From: a virus
Length of the DNA stretch: 64,000 bases
Virus record (IMG/VR): IMGVR_UViG_3300036774_000066
Coordinates: 64,001 to 128,000 of that record
Direction: 5' to 3' (one strand)
The position numbers and the translations under genes were made by a program. Within the stretch, counting starts at the first letter, position 1, and every line of letters begins with the position of its first letter. The notes below the pieces were generated by a model. It searched no databases. It was given only the letters and a program-made list of their open reading frames with translations, and was not told where the DNA came from. Positions 1 through 9,729 of this stretch are shown piece by piece.

Positions 1-2586
1 AACAAAGGGATTCAACTTATTAGGCAAAGAAACCACCAACTCCCCGGTTGTATAACTAAGAAAAATCTCAGGTATTTCTGGCATCAAAACAGGGCTACCC
101 ACTATCAAGTGAAAATCTGCAAACTTTACGTTCTTAGGATATACAATCCTTCGGTCAAAGTTTCTTGCACTTTCTCTAATAGAAATAACATCAACAGCAT
201 CAGAAGGCTTAATAACAAGCATCTGCCAATCCTCATACTTTACTCCACGATAACCAACATCCACATACTTCAAGTCTACCATACCTAACGTCTTTACTTC
301 AGGTGCTACTCTTGTATATGCTGCCTTCACTTCGTCAAGACTTGAGTATTCATTTCTAAGTAACACTTCTACAAGAAAAACTCCCCAAGAGTAATCTGGA
401 ATATTACCCTTTTTTATCCCGATGAAATAAGAACACCTTCCTATTTCCCGCGTGCTCAAGACATAGTTATCCGGCAATTCCCTCATTATTCTTGACCAAA
501 GGTATCTGAAATTAGACGCAACATTCAAGTATGAATACTCCGGCTCTCTCCATAACTTCACCAGCAGTTTATTTTGCGCTTGTCCCATCTCATTGAATGA
601 CAAAACATCATCAACAGTTGTAGAAACATCAAACTCCCTCTCTACCCGAGCCAATCTTTTCTCTGCTGTATCACAATACCCACAAGCTACACACTCTCCT
701 TTAAGCTGTGCAGGAGTTGACAAACAATGATTGATCTGCTGAAACTGTCGGATACTTCTATTAACCCGTACAAGATACTCTTTGTTCCAATCAATAATAT
801 CATCGGGAAAGATAAAATCATAAGGCTTTTCATCAAAAACATCCTGTAAATCAATCCCCGCTCTATCAAGTTTCTCAATCAAAACCTTTACCCCGGCACC
901 GTCACAGTCCTTCTTGTACACCACCAAACTATGATTGATTGACATATCCACAAGGAAAGGGGTAAAGACCCTTCCTAAGTCAATCATCAACTGACTCACA
1001 AAATTAGTCCACGCCCTCGAAGAAAACCTTACCTGCATTCCCATTTCATCAACAAACATCCGCAGCATACCCTCAAACGCTCTCTCCTCTCTCAAAAACA
1101 TCAAGTAAGTATTCCTCTTCTCCCACGCCATCGGAGTATTCGTACAGTAAATCAGGTGAGTAAAAGAAACCTCAAACTTAATACCAGCAGTACGCAAACT
1201 CAAAGCATAATCCCGCATCTCTTGAATAAAAGATACAAACTCCTTTTTGTCTTCCTCTGTCTCTCTACCCGTATAAATGCAGTACAACTTCACACTTTGA
1301 AAATGATGGTCAATACATCTGCGAATAGCTACCTTAAATTCTTCAGTCGAAATATTCTTATTAAGGTAATGCCTCATTCTCTCTGATATACCCTCAAAAC
1401 CATAGGAGATACTTCTCATTCCCAACTTATTAGCAAGTGTAAAGTAATCAGAACGTGCTGCTATTATATCTGCCCTCATAGTCATAAACAGCACACGAGG
1501 ATAAATCTCAAGACCCAATTTCACAAGGTCAAGATACCGAGAATAGTAATTGTTATTGAAACTCAACCAGCCTATCGAATTACACATACCAAACTTACGG
1601 GAACTAATCAAGTCACTCCGAATACGCTCCAATGACTTTTCTCTCCATCCCCCAGAGATATTTCCCTCATGACAAAAGCTACAAGACCCTCCTGAACTGC
1701 ATCCCCAAGAGATAATCACGTCCATTCCATCATCAGCAGGTTCAATTGACGAATATATAATTTTTCTAACGTCTTTCGGACTTGAATCAAAAGACTCTTC
1801 TCTATGATACTTGACTTTATCAGGGGCATCATCAATTACCTTGTTTACTTTGCTAATTCTCCACCTGTCTTTGTACTCGTACTGATACGCAAGAGGATGC
1901 ACAAAGTTTTCAAATCGGAAAAACTTTCGCAGTCTCTCCTCTTTACTTGTGTAAGGCTCTAACAAAGTGTCAATTATCTTAGGAATTACACCCTCACCAT
2001 ACCCAATAAAAGCACCGTCAATCAATGCTGTTTCTTTCCCGTCCTCTGAACTTCCTAAAAATACGTCTACAAAATCAGCAGAGTTTCCACCAACAAAGAA
2101 AAAAGGAATCCGATCTTCCTTCATGCGCTGAGTGTGCCAAATAGGAATAGCCGAATGATGAAGCAACCACGGAAGATTCATCTTTTCAGGAAGAACTGAA
2201 TTAGAAATCAAAACTACATCGAAGTCGAGCACACTCCGATGAGAAGCCACACCATGCCACACAGGAAGTTTATGCTTTTCGTAAAGAGAGAAATTCTGCT
2301 TCTCCGGCATGAATGCTATATCAACATAAACCTGATCCCCCAGGTTTTGCTTTATCAAGCTAATCAAGATACCATCTGCTGACCCTTTACACTTGGACAA
2401 ACCCTTCATCATAAAAGCAAGTAACACTCGTATCCTTGCCTTATCGAAATTATCTGGATTGTCAAGGTTAGAATCATAAACAGAGATAATCCCAGGGTCA
2501 ACGAAAGTCTTAATGTTCTCCTCTAAAACTTTCTGTATATGCTCAGATGTATTTATTATTTCTCTGTCTGCTGACATTCTTGCCAT
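1..2586 (-). CDS. Radical SAM protein (TIGR03960-like, B12-binding-type N-terminus), possibly fused to a TIGR03936/DUF2344-like C-terminal domain; 3'-truncated by window edge
   Basis: Not in ORF track. Manually translated from ATG at 2586 with no in-frame stop to base 1. Motifs: FDVVLISNSVLPEKMNLPWLLHHSAIP...PFFFVGG; SWGCSSGGSCSFCHEG; GFEGISERMRHYLNK; VKLYCIYTGRETEED; NTPMAWE; C-terminal HCLS...ECVACGYC. Confidence 0.85.
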   Translation of the reverse strand, partial: MARMSADREIINTSEHIQKVLEENIKTFVDPGIISVYDSNLDNPDNFDKARIRVLLAFMMKGLSKCKGSADGILISLIKQNLGDQVYVDIAFMPEKQNFSLYEKHKLPVWHGVASHRSVLDFDVVLISNSVLPEKMNLPWLLHHSAIPIWHTQRMKEDRIPFFFVGGNSADFVDVFLGSSEDGKETALIDGAFIGYGEGVIPKIIDTLLEPYTSKEERLRKFFRFENFVHPLAYQYEYKDRWRISKVNKVIDDAPDKVKYHREESFDSSPKDVRKIIYSSIEPADDGMDVIISWGCSSGGSCSFCHEGNISGGWREKSLERIRSDLISSRKFGMCNSIGWLSFNNNYYSRYLDLVKLGLEIYPRVLFMTMRADIIAARSDYFTLANKLGMRSISYGFEGISERMRHYLNKNISTEEFKVAIRRCIDHHFQSVKLYCIYTGRETEEDKKEFVSFIQEMRDYALSLRTAGIKFEVSFTHLIYCTNTPMAWEKRNTYLMFLREERAFEGMLRMFVDEMGMQVRFSSRAWTNFVSQLMIDLGRVFTPFLVDMSINHSLVVYKKDCDGAGVKVLIEKLDRAGIDLQDVFDEKPYDFIFPDDIIDWNKEYLVRVNRSIRQFQQINHCLSTPAQLKGECVACGYCDTAEKRLARVEREFDVSTTVDDVLSFNEMGQAQNKLLVKLWREPEYSYLNVASNFRYLWSRIMRELPDNYVLSTREIGRCSYFIGIKKGNIPDYSWGVFLVEVLLRNEYSSLDEVKAAYTRVAPEVKTLGMVDLKYVDVGYRGVKYEDWQMLVIKPSDAVDVISIRESARNFDRRIVYPKNVKFADFHLIVGSPVLMPEIPEIFLSYTTGELVVSLPNKLNPFV

Positions 2587-2588
2587 AG

Positions 2589-2861
2589 CTACATATCCTC
2601 ACTCAATACTTTTTCAATGCCCAAAAGAATCTCTCCCCGCTGACCCTTATCCTCCGTTGACAAATACCCGCGAACTAACTTGACAATCCCCTCATAACCA
2701 TTGGACACTGCCTGCAAGTCAACGTCTTTCAACACACCCTTAGTTTCCAAAATAGACTTTAGGTATGCTATTCCATGAAGGTCTTTTGCTTCATCAGGTA
2801 ATAGAATACCTTTCTTTACAAGTAAGTGAACAAGAGACAGAAATGCAATATTGTCACTCAT
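2589..2861 (-). CDS. Hypothetical protein
   Basis: ORF track 2589..2894; ATG at 2861 has GGAG RBS. Confidence 0.6.
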   Translation of the reverse strand: MSDNIAFLSLVHLLVKKGILLPDEAKDLHGIAYLKSILETKGVLKDVDLQAVSNGYEGIVKLVRGYLSTEDKGQRGEILLGIEKVLSEDM

Positions 2862-2870
2862 AGTTCTCCA

Positions 2871-2901
2871 AAAAGAAAGCGGGTTTAAGAACAACCCGCC
2901 T
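2871..2901 (-). terminator. Intrinsic terminator
   Basis: GGCGGGTT-loop-AACCCGCT followed by TTCTTTT on minus strand. Confidence 0.6.
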
Positions 2902-2930
2902 CACTGCTCACAATGACATAAATCAACCTA

Positions 2931-3089
2931 CTAACTTTCCAACCTTACCCTACGCTTACCTCTCTCCCTATGGCTCAAACTTTTCCAAAAGTCCTTCTTC
3001 CACTTCCTAACTGCACGAGAAGTAAGATGAGAAACCTTTGGATTCTCAGGTACAAGAGTCACAAGATGCTTAACTACCAAACTTCGCAT
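2931..3089 (-). CDS. Small basic protein (52 aa, MRSLVVKHLV...RRVRLES)
   Basis: Below track cutoff; GAGG RBS, fills intergenic gap. Confidence 0.55.
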   Translation of the reverse strand: MRSLVVKHLVTLVPENPKVSHLTSRAVRKWKKDFWKSLSHRERGKRRVRLES

Positions 3090-3098
3090 AACAATACC

Positions 3099-4295
3099 TC
3101 AATTCTTTTTAGTAATGATAACACATTCCTTGTTACCAGCAGAAAACACTACCTTATCGTTGATAAAGGACACACTCACAAAGGCATCCCCCTTGAAAAC
3201 CCTTATGATAACTGCAAGGGTTTTCAAGGACACACCAAAAATTGCCTCCGAAGTAATGCCTTCCACTTTCTCCGAAATTGTAAAGTTAGAAACATCCCCT
3301 CTTCTATTTCTGAATACTCCCTTCAACGAATCTTTCCCAAAAACCAAGTCAACTACACCAGACGATTCAGGTATCCCGCTCAATGTGTTGACCTGTGAAG
3401 TAAGAAACGGCATATTGACAAAGTAACTTCCTGAACCCTTTACAAACGCAGTTTTATACTGTCCCACAAACTGCACATTCGTTTTAGGAAAGACATAGCT
3501 AAACTTATCTGATGTTAGAAAATACTTCTGGTCATAAGCAAAAATTTCCAAGTCAGCATTTCCTATTACAGCCAAGATTGACTGTATGAGAGTTATGTCA
3601 CTCCTTCGGATAATCACCGGAAAATACTCTTGCTTTATCCTTCCTACAACAGTACCATTACATGCGTAAATACCATCAGGTTCAACAAATATATAGTCAA
3701 AGTCTGAAATTTCCACAAAAGAAAGAATTGGGCTAATACTTTGGATAGAAGACAAAAGATCAGGGGTCTTTATTACTCCCTGTGAAGTAGGACTTCCGCT
3801 TACCATCCTTGACGTATAGATATTAGCATCCAGATTGAAAGTAGGTATGTAAATCTCCCCACCAAAAAAGTCCACAAAAACCTCTGGCTTACGGTGAATA
3901 AGATACACTTTCCCCTTATGCACTCTTGCCACTCTGTAAAACGTCTCAGCGTCTATTATCTTATGATTCGGAAAATGGTTATTCCTGCACGGAACAACAC
4001 ATGACATCAAAGAAACACCTTCACACATCTCGAACTTTGCACTTGTATCACTCATCAAGGTAATTCTCAGTGACCGAGAAATCACCATCTTTGTTACAGA
4101 CTTCTTGCTGATAAAAGGAAGAAGATAGGATAACAAAACTGAAGTGTCAAACTCCAAATAGTCAACACTGTCCGGCAACGTAACAGAACCAACATCCTTG
4201 AAATCATCTGACAAAGCCTCTTTACTAACTTCATCGTCAGATATTTCAACTTTACCTTGTAACTTGTCAAGCAAGTCCAACTTACTCTCAGCCAT
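3099..4295 (-). CDS. Putative DNA sliding clamp (DNA Pol III beta-like)
   Basis: ~400 aa with three repeated alpha/beta units, YACNGTVVG resembling the ATDG motif; replication/repair context. Confidence 0.6.
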   Translation of the reverse strand: MAESKLDLLDKLQGKVEISDDEVSKEALSDDFKDVGSVTLPDSVDYLEFDTSVLLSYLLPFISKKSVTKMVISRSLRITLMSDTSAKFEMCEGVSLMSCVVPCRNNHFPNHKIIDAETFYRVARVHKGKVYLIHRKPEVFVDFFGGEIYIPTFNLDANIYTSRMVSGSPTSQGVIKTPDLLSSIQSISPILSFVEISDFDYIFVEPDGIYACNGTVVGRIKQEYFPVIIRRSDITLIQSILAVIGNADLEIFAYDQKYFLTSDKFSYVFPKTNVQFVGQYKTAFVKGSGSYFVNMPFLTSQVNTLSGIPESSGVVDLVFGKDSLKGVFRNRRGDVSNFTISEKVEGITSEAIFGVSLKTLAVIIRVFKGDAFVSVSFINDKVVFSAGNKECVIITKKN

Positions 4296-4307
4296 TCAAG
4301 CCTCCTG

Positions 4308-5315
4308 TTATACCGAAATACCAAAATTCGTGAAGTATTGCTTAATAAATGTAAAAAGAGCAGGGTTATCTTTACACAAACGCAACAAACTCTCCCCAAT
4401 CTCAGAAGATATGTCCTGCTTCGACTTATCCTTCATCACCGCAATAAACTCACTCATCTTCTGAGATACTGCTTCCCGTTCAATCCTCACCAGACTGAAA
4501 ATTTGCTCTGCTGGCGCAACGGGAAGTGCCTCTTGCCTTACTTCGGCCTTCAGCCCTTCCCCAACTACCTTCACTGAAACAATGTCAAAGAACACGTCTC
4601 TGACACGGTTAATCGTATGTTTAGTACCACGAGAAAGAGCACCTGGACGAACAATCAACTTACCGTCAAGGTCAACCACGGGATACGGAACATGATCGTG
4701 ACCCATCAACAGACAATCCCACTTTGACGCTTTCACGTCATCCTGTAAAAAAGACTCTTCTTTTGTGATGGAAGTCAAACTATTTATCACAAAGGCATGA
4801 CCACAAAGCATCTTGTAATCAGCCTCCAAAGCTGGCTCTGGCAACGTGGGATTCAACACGTAATCTTGACCTTGCAGTAAAACCGTCTTACCGCCAACAT
4901 TAAAGGTCAGTGCCCCAAGTCTCCGTAAATGTTCCGATGAAAGTAAAACACCTAACGGACTCTTATTGACAGTCTCAGGATTTGCATGGTAAACATCATG
5001 ATTCCCAAATACCGTATACACCGGAACCTTAAACTCAGCAAAAGTATGAATTACTGTCGTCTTGTAAAGATCGGTCTGCGGCTTCTGGTGGTAAATATCC
5101 CCACCAATCAAAACAAAATCACACCCTGTTGCATCCGCTACCTTTGCCATCTTAGAAATCTTATTGAGAATAGTAACGGGGTAATTATCCTGCCGAGACA
5201 TCGGATTTATGTGATTGACATGAGGATCAGTAAAGAACAAAAAACGAAGTTCTTCCCTACGATCAGGAAAACTCTCCACCACCTTGTCAAGAAATTTCAA
5301 GAGAATATCACTCAT
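4308..5315 (-). CDS. Mre11/SbcD-like metallophosphoesterase nuclease
   Basis: TDPH, GGDIYH, GNHD, GHA, GHDH motifs; near Rad50/SbcC halves. Confidence 0.9.
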   Translation of the reverse strand: MSDILLKFLDKVVESFPDRREELRFLFFTDPHVNHINPMSRQDNYPVTILNKISKMAKVADATGCDFVLIGGDIYHQKPQTDLYKTTVIHTFAEFKVPVYTVFGNHDVYHANPETVNKSPLGVLLSSEHLRRLGALTFNVGGKTVLLQGQDYVLNPTLPEPALEADYKMLCGHAFVINSLTSITKEESFLQDDVKASKWDCLLMGHDHVPYPVVDLDGKLIVRPGALSRGTKHTINRVRDVFFDIVSVKVVGEGLKAEVRQEALPVAPAEQIFSLVRIEREAVSQKMSEFIAVMKDKSKQDISSEIGESLLRLCKDNPALFTFIKQYFTNFGISV

Positions 5316-5799
5316 CTTGCCTCAAATCTTTCACTACGGGAACTTCCTTGCACGCCTCAAACTCTGGACAATTGATGCACTCTGTCCAGACTTTCCTTGG
5401 TAAACTATCCCTTGAAACAGCATAAAATCCAGCCCGAAAGAAAAATTCAGGGATGTACGTCAACGCGAATACTCTGACTGCCCCTATTCTAACTGCCTCG
5501 TTTATTGCAAGATTTACAAAGTGTATACCAACACCATCTCTCTGCCATTTAGGGTCAACTACCAATGATCGTATCTCACAAAGAACATCACTACCCTTAC
5601 CACTCCACGTAGGAACTACTGAGACACACCCTATCACACACCCACGAACGCGAGCAACAAAAAAGTTAAACAAACTACTGTATATCTCATTACATGATCT
5701 CGGAAGCAAAACATTTTTCTTAGAGTGTAAAGAAATTAAACCATGAATACCCGATACATCAGAAACAACTGCTTTTCCAATTTCACAATCAAAGGTCAT
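5308..5799 (-). CDS. GNAT N-acetyltransferase (short ArgA-like)
   Basis: LLPRS..EIY, EIRSLVV...QRDGVG, VFALTY..EFF..AGF, LPRKVWTEC..CP. Confidence 0.85.
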   Translation of the reverse strand: MTFDCEIGKAVVSDVSGIHGLISLHSKKNVLLPRSCNEIYSSLFNFFVARVRGCVIGCVSVVPTWSGKGSDVLCEIRSLVVDPKWQRDGVGIHFVNLAINEAVRIGAVRVFALTYIPEFFFRAGFYAVSRDSLPRKVWTECINCPEFEACKEVPVVKDLRQDE

Positions 5800-5801
5800 T
5801 G

Positions 5802-6014
5802 TTACTTTTCATCCTCCTCAAGCGGGTCCAAAAGATCAGAGTCACCAGCTTCCATCATTCGATCTTCCAATAATTCTCCGTCTTCTTCATCTCTTGCACT
5901 TGTAAATAAATCAGGATCGGAGTGAGCAACCTTAGACTCTTCTATCAACTCATTATCTGCCTCACCGCTATCCACCGGAAAAATAGAATCTTCTGTATAG
6001 TTCTTACGTGCCAT
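5802..6014 (-). CDS. Small acidic hypothetical protein
   Basis: ORF with AGGAG RBS; D/E-rich. Confidence 0.6.
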   Translation of the reverse strand: MARKNYTEDSIFPVDSGEADNELIEESKVAHSDPDLFTSARDEEDGELLEDRMMEAGDSDLLDPLEEDEK

Positions 6015-6026
6015 ATTCCACGCTCC

Positions 6027-6287
6027 TTAATCCATGAACTTTGTCAAGTCAACATCAGACTCTTCAACACCTGTAGGCTTACCAGACTCAGGAGCAATTG
6101 AAGTCTTGATAGGCAAAAGAATACCAGATTTTTCTAAATATTTCTTTACTTCCAACAAGGATGGATATTGTTTTATTAAAGCAACCACCCCTGCATTATC
6201 CTTCCCCTCAGTTACTCCCTTCCACAAGTCAAGAAGAATCTGCTGAGACTCGGACAACCGTACTTCTTCATTGAAAACCATAGCCAT
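6027..6287 (-). CDS. Hypothetical protein
   Basis: ORF in tight operon. Confidence 0.6.
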   Translation of the reverse strand: MAMVFNEEVRLSESQQILLDLWKGVTEGKDNAGVVALIKQYPSLLEVKKYLEKSGILLPIKTSIAPESGKPTGVEESDVDLTKFMD

Positions 6288-6288
6288 A

Positions 6289-6453
6289 CTACTCTACCTT
6301 CGATCCTACCTGCTTCTCCCACTCCTCTCGCACACCCGGATGGGACAAGTGACATGGCTTTGATTCACCGTTAGGAAATTTCACAAATCCGGCATCCTCT
6401 GTTGCCTCAATATTCCTACCGCAAATCCCGCAACTAAGTTTCTCTTTTGACAT
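6289..6453 (-). CDS. Small putative Zn-binding protein (54 aa, MSKEKLSCGICG...PCHLSH)
   Basis: Below track cutoff; TGATG overlap with upstream stop; CxxC and CH..H. Confidence 0.6.
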   Translation of the reverse strand: MSKEKLSCGICGRNIEATEDAGFVKFPNGESKPCHLSHPGVREEWEKQVGSKVE

Positions 6454-7100
6454 CACTTCTCCTTTTTCAAGTCACCATGAACCATACGATAAATCGAAGT
6501 CGCATAAGAAGTAAACCGGACATCATGAGTCACCCACAATACAGAAAATCCCAAATCATCGGTACACTGACGAATGAATTTGAACAGTCCCTCCACATAC
6601 ACATCTGACAACTGCGAAAGAGACTCGTCCAAAATCACGAATCTACGCAACCCCAAAACCAACATAAAGTAAACTCTCAAAATAAACGAAACAACTGTCT
6701 GCACACCTCCACCAACCGAATCTCTCAGTTTACATTTACGAATTTCTCCATCCTTCTTTTCTACCAAAAACAACTCCGCAGTCTTCATATCACCCCGATC
6801 CGCAATATCAATCTCTATAGAGTAATCTCTATCATCAAAAATGGTTCTCATACCATAAGTCAAGAGTTCTTGTAATTTTCTGATACTCTTTTCAGAAAGT
6901 TCACCAATAAGAATCTTTGTAACCTCTATTGCTTTCTCAGTAAATTCAAGCTGTAAAACCTTATCGGTATGTTGCTGTTTTACATCAGCAAGAGTAATCT
7001 CAGTGCCGTTTATGGACTCCCGAGTAGCTTGAAGTTTTGCTTGACAGGAAACAAACAAATCTTCAAGTTTACGAGCCTTATCTAACAACACGTCAGACAT
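6453..7100 (-). CDS. Rad50/SbcC C-terminal half (ABC ATPase signature, Walker B, H-loop)
   Basis: Coiled coil, then VGGG, VILDESLSQL, VTHD; no Walker A. Confidence 0.85.
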   Translation of the reverse strand: MSDVLLDKARKLEDLFVSCQAKLQATRESINGTEITLADVKQQHTDKVLQLEFTEKAIEVTKILIGELSEKSIRKLQELLTYGMRTIFDDRDYSIEIDIADRGDMKTAELFLVEKKDGEIRKCKLRDSVGGGVQTVVSFILRVYFMLVLGLRRFVILDESLSQLSDVYVEGLFKFIRQCTDDLGFSVLWVTHDVRFTSYATSIYRMVHGDLKKEK

Positions 7101-7695
7101 TACTATTTCTCTCCTCATCAAGCATACGAATAATCTGAGTCACTTTCTCTGTAACAACGGACAGAGAATCCTCCGCGTCAACTATCAACCCATCACATTC
7201 TGTCTGGTAATACAAGTGAACTCTCCTCAAGTAATCCTCTCCCCTTGACTCTATGTTATCCCCTCGCCTCACACGGCGAGCCATTGCAACCTCAAAGGGT
7301 AAGTCTAAAATGATGTTAATATCTGGATTACAAACATCAGACATTTCTAACAATCTCTCAACAAAAAAAGCATGACCATAGGCAAACTCTTGATATGCTT
7401 TTGTTGAATAATACCACCTATCAGCAATGACCAACTTCCCCCTATGCAAAGCAGGTTTAACTATCTTATTAGATGCTTCTATCATAGAAGCGACAAACAA
7501 GAAAAGTTCAGTTTGCTTTTCCAACTTCTCCCTTGAGTTAAGAAGTACCCTCTTTAATTCTCCCCCTGTATACGTAGTTCCCGGTTCCCGCACAATAACC
7601 GCATCAGGGTACACCTTTCTCAAGTTCCGAATAACAGACGTAATTCCAGAACCGTTGATTCCCTCAATAGTAATGAATCGACCCTTTTCCATCAC
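7093..7695 (-). CDS. tmk: Thymidylate kinase-like protein
   Basis: FITIEGINGSGITS, REPG, LLF-like ELFLF, VIADRW, PDINIILD; P-loop Lys replaced by Ile. Confidence 0.85.
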   Translation of the reverse strand: MMEKGRFITIEGINGSGITSVIRNLRKVYPDAVIVREPGTTYTGGELKRVLLNSREKLEKQTELFLFVASMIEASNKIVKPALHRGKLVIADRWYYSTKAYQEFAYGHAFFVERLLEMSDVCNPDINIILDLPFEVAMARRVRRGDNIESRGEDYLRRVHLYYQTECDGLIVDAEDSLSVVTEKVTQIIRMLDEERNSNV

Positions 7696-7946
7696 ACTGT
7701 CACCTTTGACAAAATAGTTTCCATTGTAGACAAACTCTGGGTAAGAGAATCCGTCAATGTCTGAAGTTCTGAGGTAAGCTGCTCATAAGAAGTAATACCA
7801 AAATCAGCCTGAAGTTTCAGCAAAATAGCGTTCTTTTGCTCAGTCAAAGCCGTCTGCCTCGCTTGCAACTTCTTCAAGTTATCCTTGATAGTCTCAACCT
7901 TAGAACTGAGAAGGTTAAACCTGTCAACTATCGGATTATTTGCCAT
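7692..7946 (-). CDS. Short coiled-coil protein
   Basis: ATG 7946 with GGAGG RBS; heptad-rich. Confidence 0.65.
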   Translation of the reverse strand: MANNPIVDRFNLLSSKVETIKDNLKKLQARQTALTEQKNAILLKLQADFGITSYEQLTSELQTLTDSLTQSLSTMETILSKVTV

Positions 7947-9201
7947 GCACTCCTCCCTTATGTGAATCCAAAGGTTCTTGACAAAGAGGACAAACACCTA
8001 TCTCGTCCTTGTATTTCTCAAAATCTGCTTCTGCCTCGGTAAGACGTTTCTGCTCCTCCTCAATCTCTCCAGAAACACCAGACATTGAACCAAGTAAAGC
8101 GGAAAATAACCCTCCCATTTCCGAAAGACCCTTAAACCTATCCACCAAAGATTTCTCCGGTGGATTAGCTTGCTCTATAAGAAAAGCTAAAGACTTTTGT
8201 GCTTCTCCACACTGGAAAAGCTGAGAACCAACGTCGAAAAATCTCTGCGCAAAGTCACGTAACTTCTCCTCTTTATCAAGCAAACTCCGGTCGGGAATCT
8301 GAATGCTACTTATTATTGCCTCTCTGCCTTTTACCGCATTATCCGTTGCTATCAATTCAGAATCCAACTTAGAAATAACAGACAATGCCTCCATTAACTT
8401 TTGATAATTCCCAACCTGTGAAGGAACATTGGAGAAAGACAACAAAGGAAGTATCACCTCGTTGTCCAACAAAGTAACTGCACCAGATACTTGTTCTAAC
8501 TGAGGAACAACAGCTTCATACCCTTGCTTAATAGCAACCAACCTCTCATATTTTACCTTCCCTTTTCGCAAGCTAAGAAAGTCCGGCTCTGCCGCTGTAA
8601 TCTGAGCAAGGACAGCCTCTTTATTTTTCAACTGTAACAGGGAATTTTGGTATGCTGCAACCTGACCCTCCAACGCCACAAGTTCAGTCTTTATTTGCTT
8701 TGAGTCAACAACCATCTGCTTCAACACAGGTGTCAACTTCTTATCTTGCATCAACTGAGAAACAAAATCAAAAATGTAAGACGGAGAAGAAAAAACAAGA
8801 AAAGGCTCTTCCATCTGTCTCCAGATAAAAAGCCTCTCTTTATTGTCACGCACAACTATATCTTTTATACCAGCTTTTTCTAAGTCTTCCGGGGCAGTCT
8901 TACCCGTCCTCTTAAACTCCTTCTTGTTAATTACATACTCGGAGCCTCCTGTTCGACCCTTTATCCAAGAAACACTCAATTTTTCCCCATCATCTCCTTG
9001 AGGAAACACAATATCAACTTGACATTTCTCAGCATCATAATGAATAAAGTCACTTCCTTGATTAGAAAACAAGGCTGACTCTATTGCACGGCACAGAGAA
9101 GATTTGCCATGATTGGTAGAACCAACAACCATAGTAATGCCGTCTACATCAATTGCGGCATCACCTATGATCTGAAAAGACCTTACTCGTACACTAACCA
9201 C
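7936..9201 (-). CDS. Rad50/SbcC N-terminal half ending in Zn hook
   Basis: VRSFQ, Walker A GSTNHGKSS, Q-loop, long coiled coil, terminal CPLC. Confidence 0.88.
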   Translation of the reverse strand: MVSVRVRSFQIIGDAAIDVDGITMVVGSTNHGKSSLCRAIESALFSNQGSDFIHYDAEKCQVDIVFPQGDDGEKLSVSWIKGRTGGSEYVINKKEFKRTGKTAPEDLEKAGIKDIVVRDNKERLFIWRQMEEPFLVFSSPSYIFDFVSQLMQDKKLTPVLKQMVVDSKQIKTELVALEGQVAAYQNSLLQLKNKEAVLAQITAAEPDFLSLRKGKVKYERLVAIKQGYEAVVPQLEQVSGAVTLLDNEVILPLLSFSNVPSQVGNYQKLMEALSVISKLDSELIATDNAVKGREAIISSIQIPDRSLLDKEEKLRDFAQRFFDVGSQLFQCGEAQKSLAFLIEQANPPEKSLVDRFKGLSEMGGLFSALLGSMSGVSGEIEEEQKRLTEAEADFEKYKDEIGVCPLCQEPLDSHKGGVHGK

Positions 9202-9206
9202 AATAA

Positions 9207-9701
9207 TTATCTCCTGTAATCTCGTCGTTCCTTGTCATCCCGCCTGTCATCCCGCCTGTCATCCCTCCTGTCATCACGAAAATGGTAACGATCCCCAAAG
9301 CTATTGCCTCTCTTATTGACATAAATCAAAAAAGCCATGCAAATAGCATGTGCAGGATTAAGACTCTTGGCGACGTGCTTAAAGTAAATTCCTCGTTTTG
9401 CAAAGTCGCTTGGAAAGATACGAAGTTCACACCAGTATTCGTCTTCATCATGATTTCTCGATAAACGAAACCACGAAAATCCAGAGACAATAAACTCAAA
9501 ACAAAGCCCAATATCCCTCGAAAAAGGCCGAGGATTATCCTCGTTTCCTCCCTCTACTGCTTTTTCAATCAACCTGTCTATCTCTTCTCCCTCCCTGAGT
9601 TCATAAATTTCCTCTCTTGTAAGACCATCCCTTATGTCAACCTTCACATCTGCCCTTGTTTCAACCCTATCTTTCTCTTGTGGTTCTCTCTTGAAAAGCA
9701 T
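9207..9701 (-). CDS. Phage ABA-sandwich-domain-like protein with DDRR tail
   Basis: LTREEI..L..G.EIDRLI, PFSRDI, YWCEL, PAHAICMAFL. Confidence 0.6.
   Translation of the reverse strand: MLFKREPQEKDRVETRADVKVDIRDGLTREEIYELREGEEIDRLIEKAVEGGNEDNPRPFSRDIGLCFEFIVSGFSWFRLSRNHDEDEYWCELRIFPSDFAKRGIYFKHVAKSLNPAHAICMAFLIYVNKRGNSFGDRYHFRDDRRDDRRDDRRDDKERRDYRR
9233..9275. repeat. 12-bp tandem repeat (~3.6 copies) encoding DDRR
   Basis: tgtcatcccgcc units. Confidence 0.9.
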
Positions 9702-9729
9702 AGAATCTCCTTACATATACAGGTTTTTA

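Noticed and set aside
7692-7997. Programmed frameshift joining Rad50 N-half to the coiled-coil ORF
   Set aside because: The ORF has its own GGAGG RBS and ATG at 7946 and no clear slippery site
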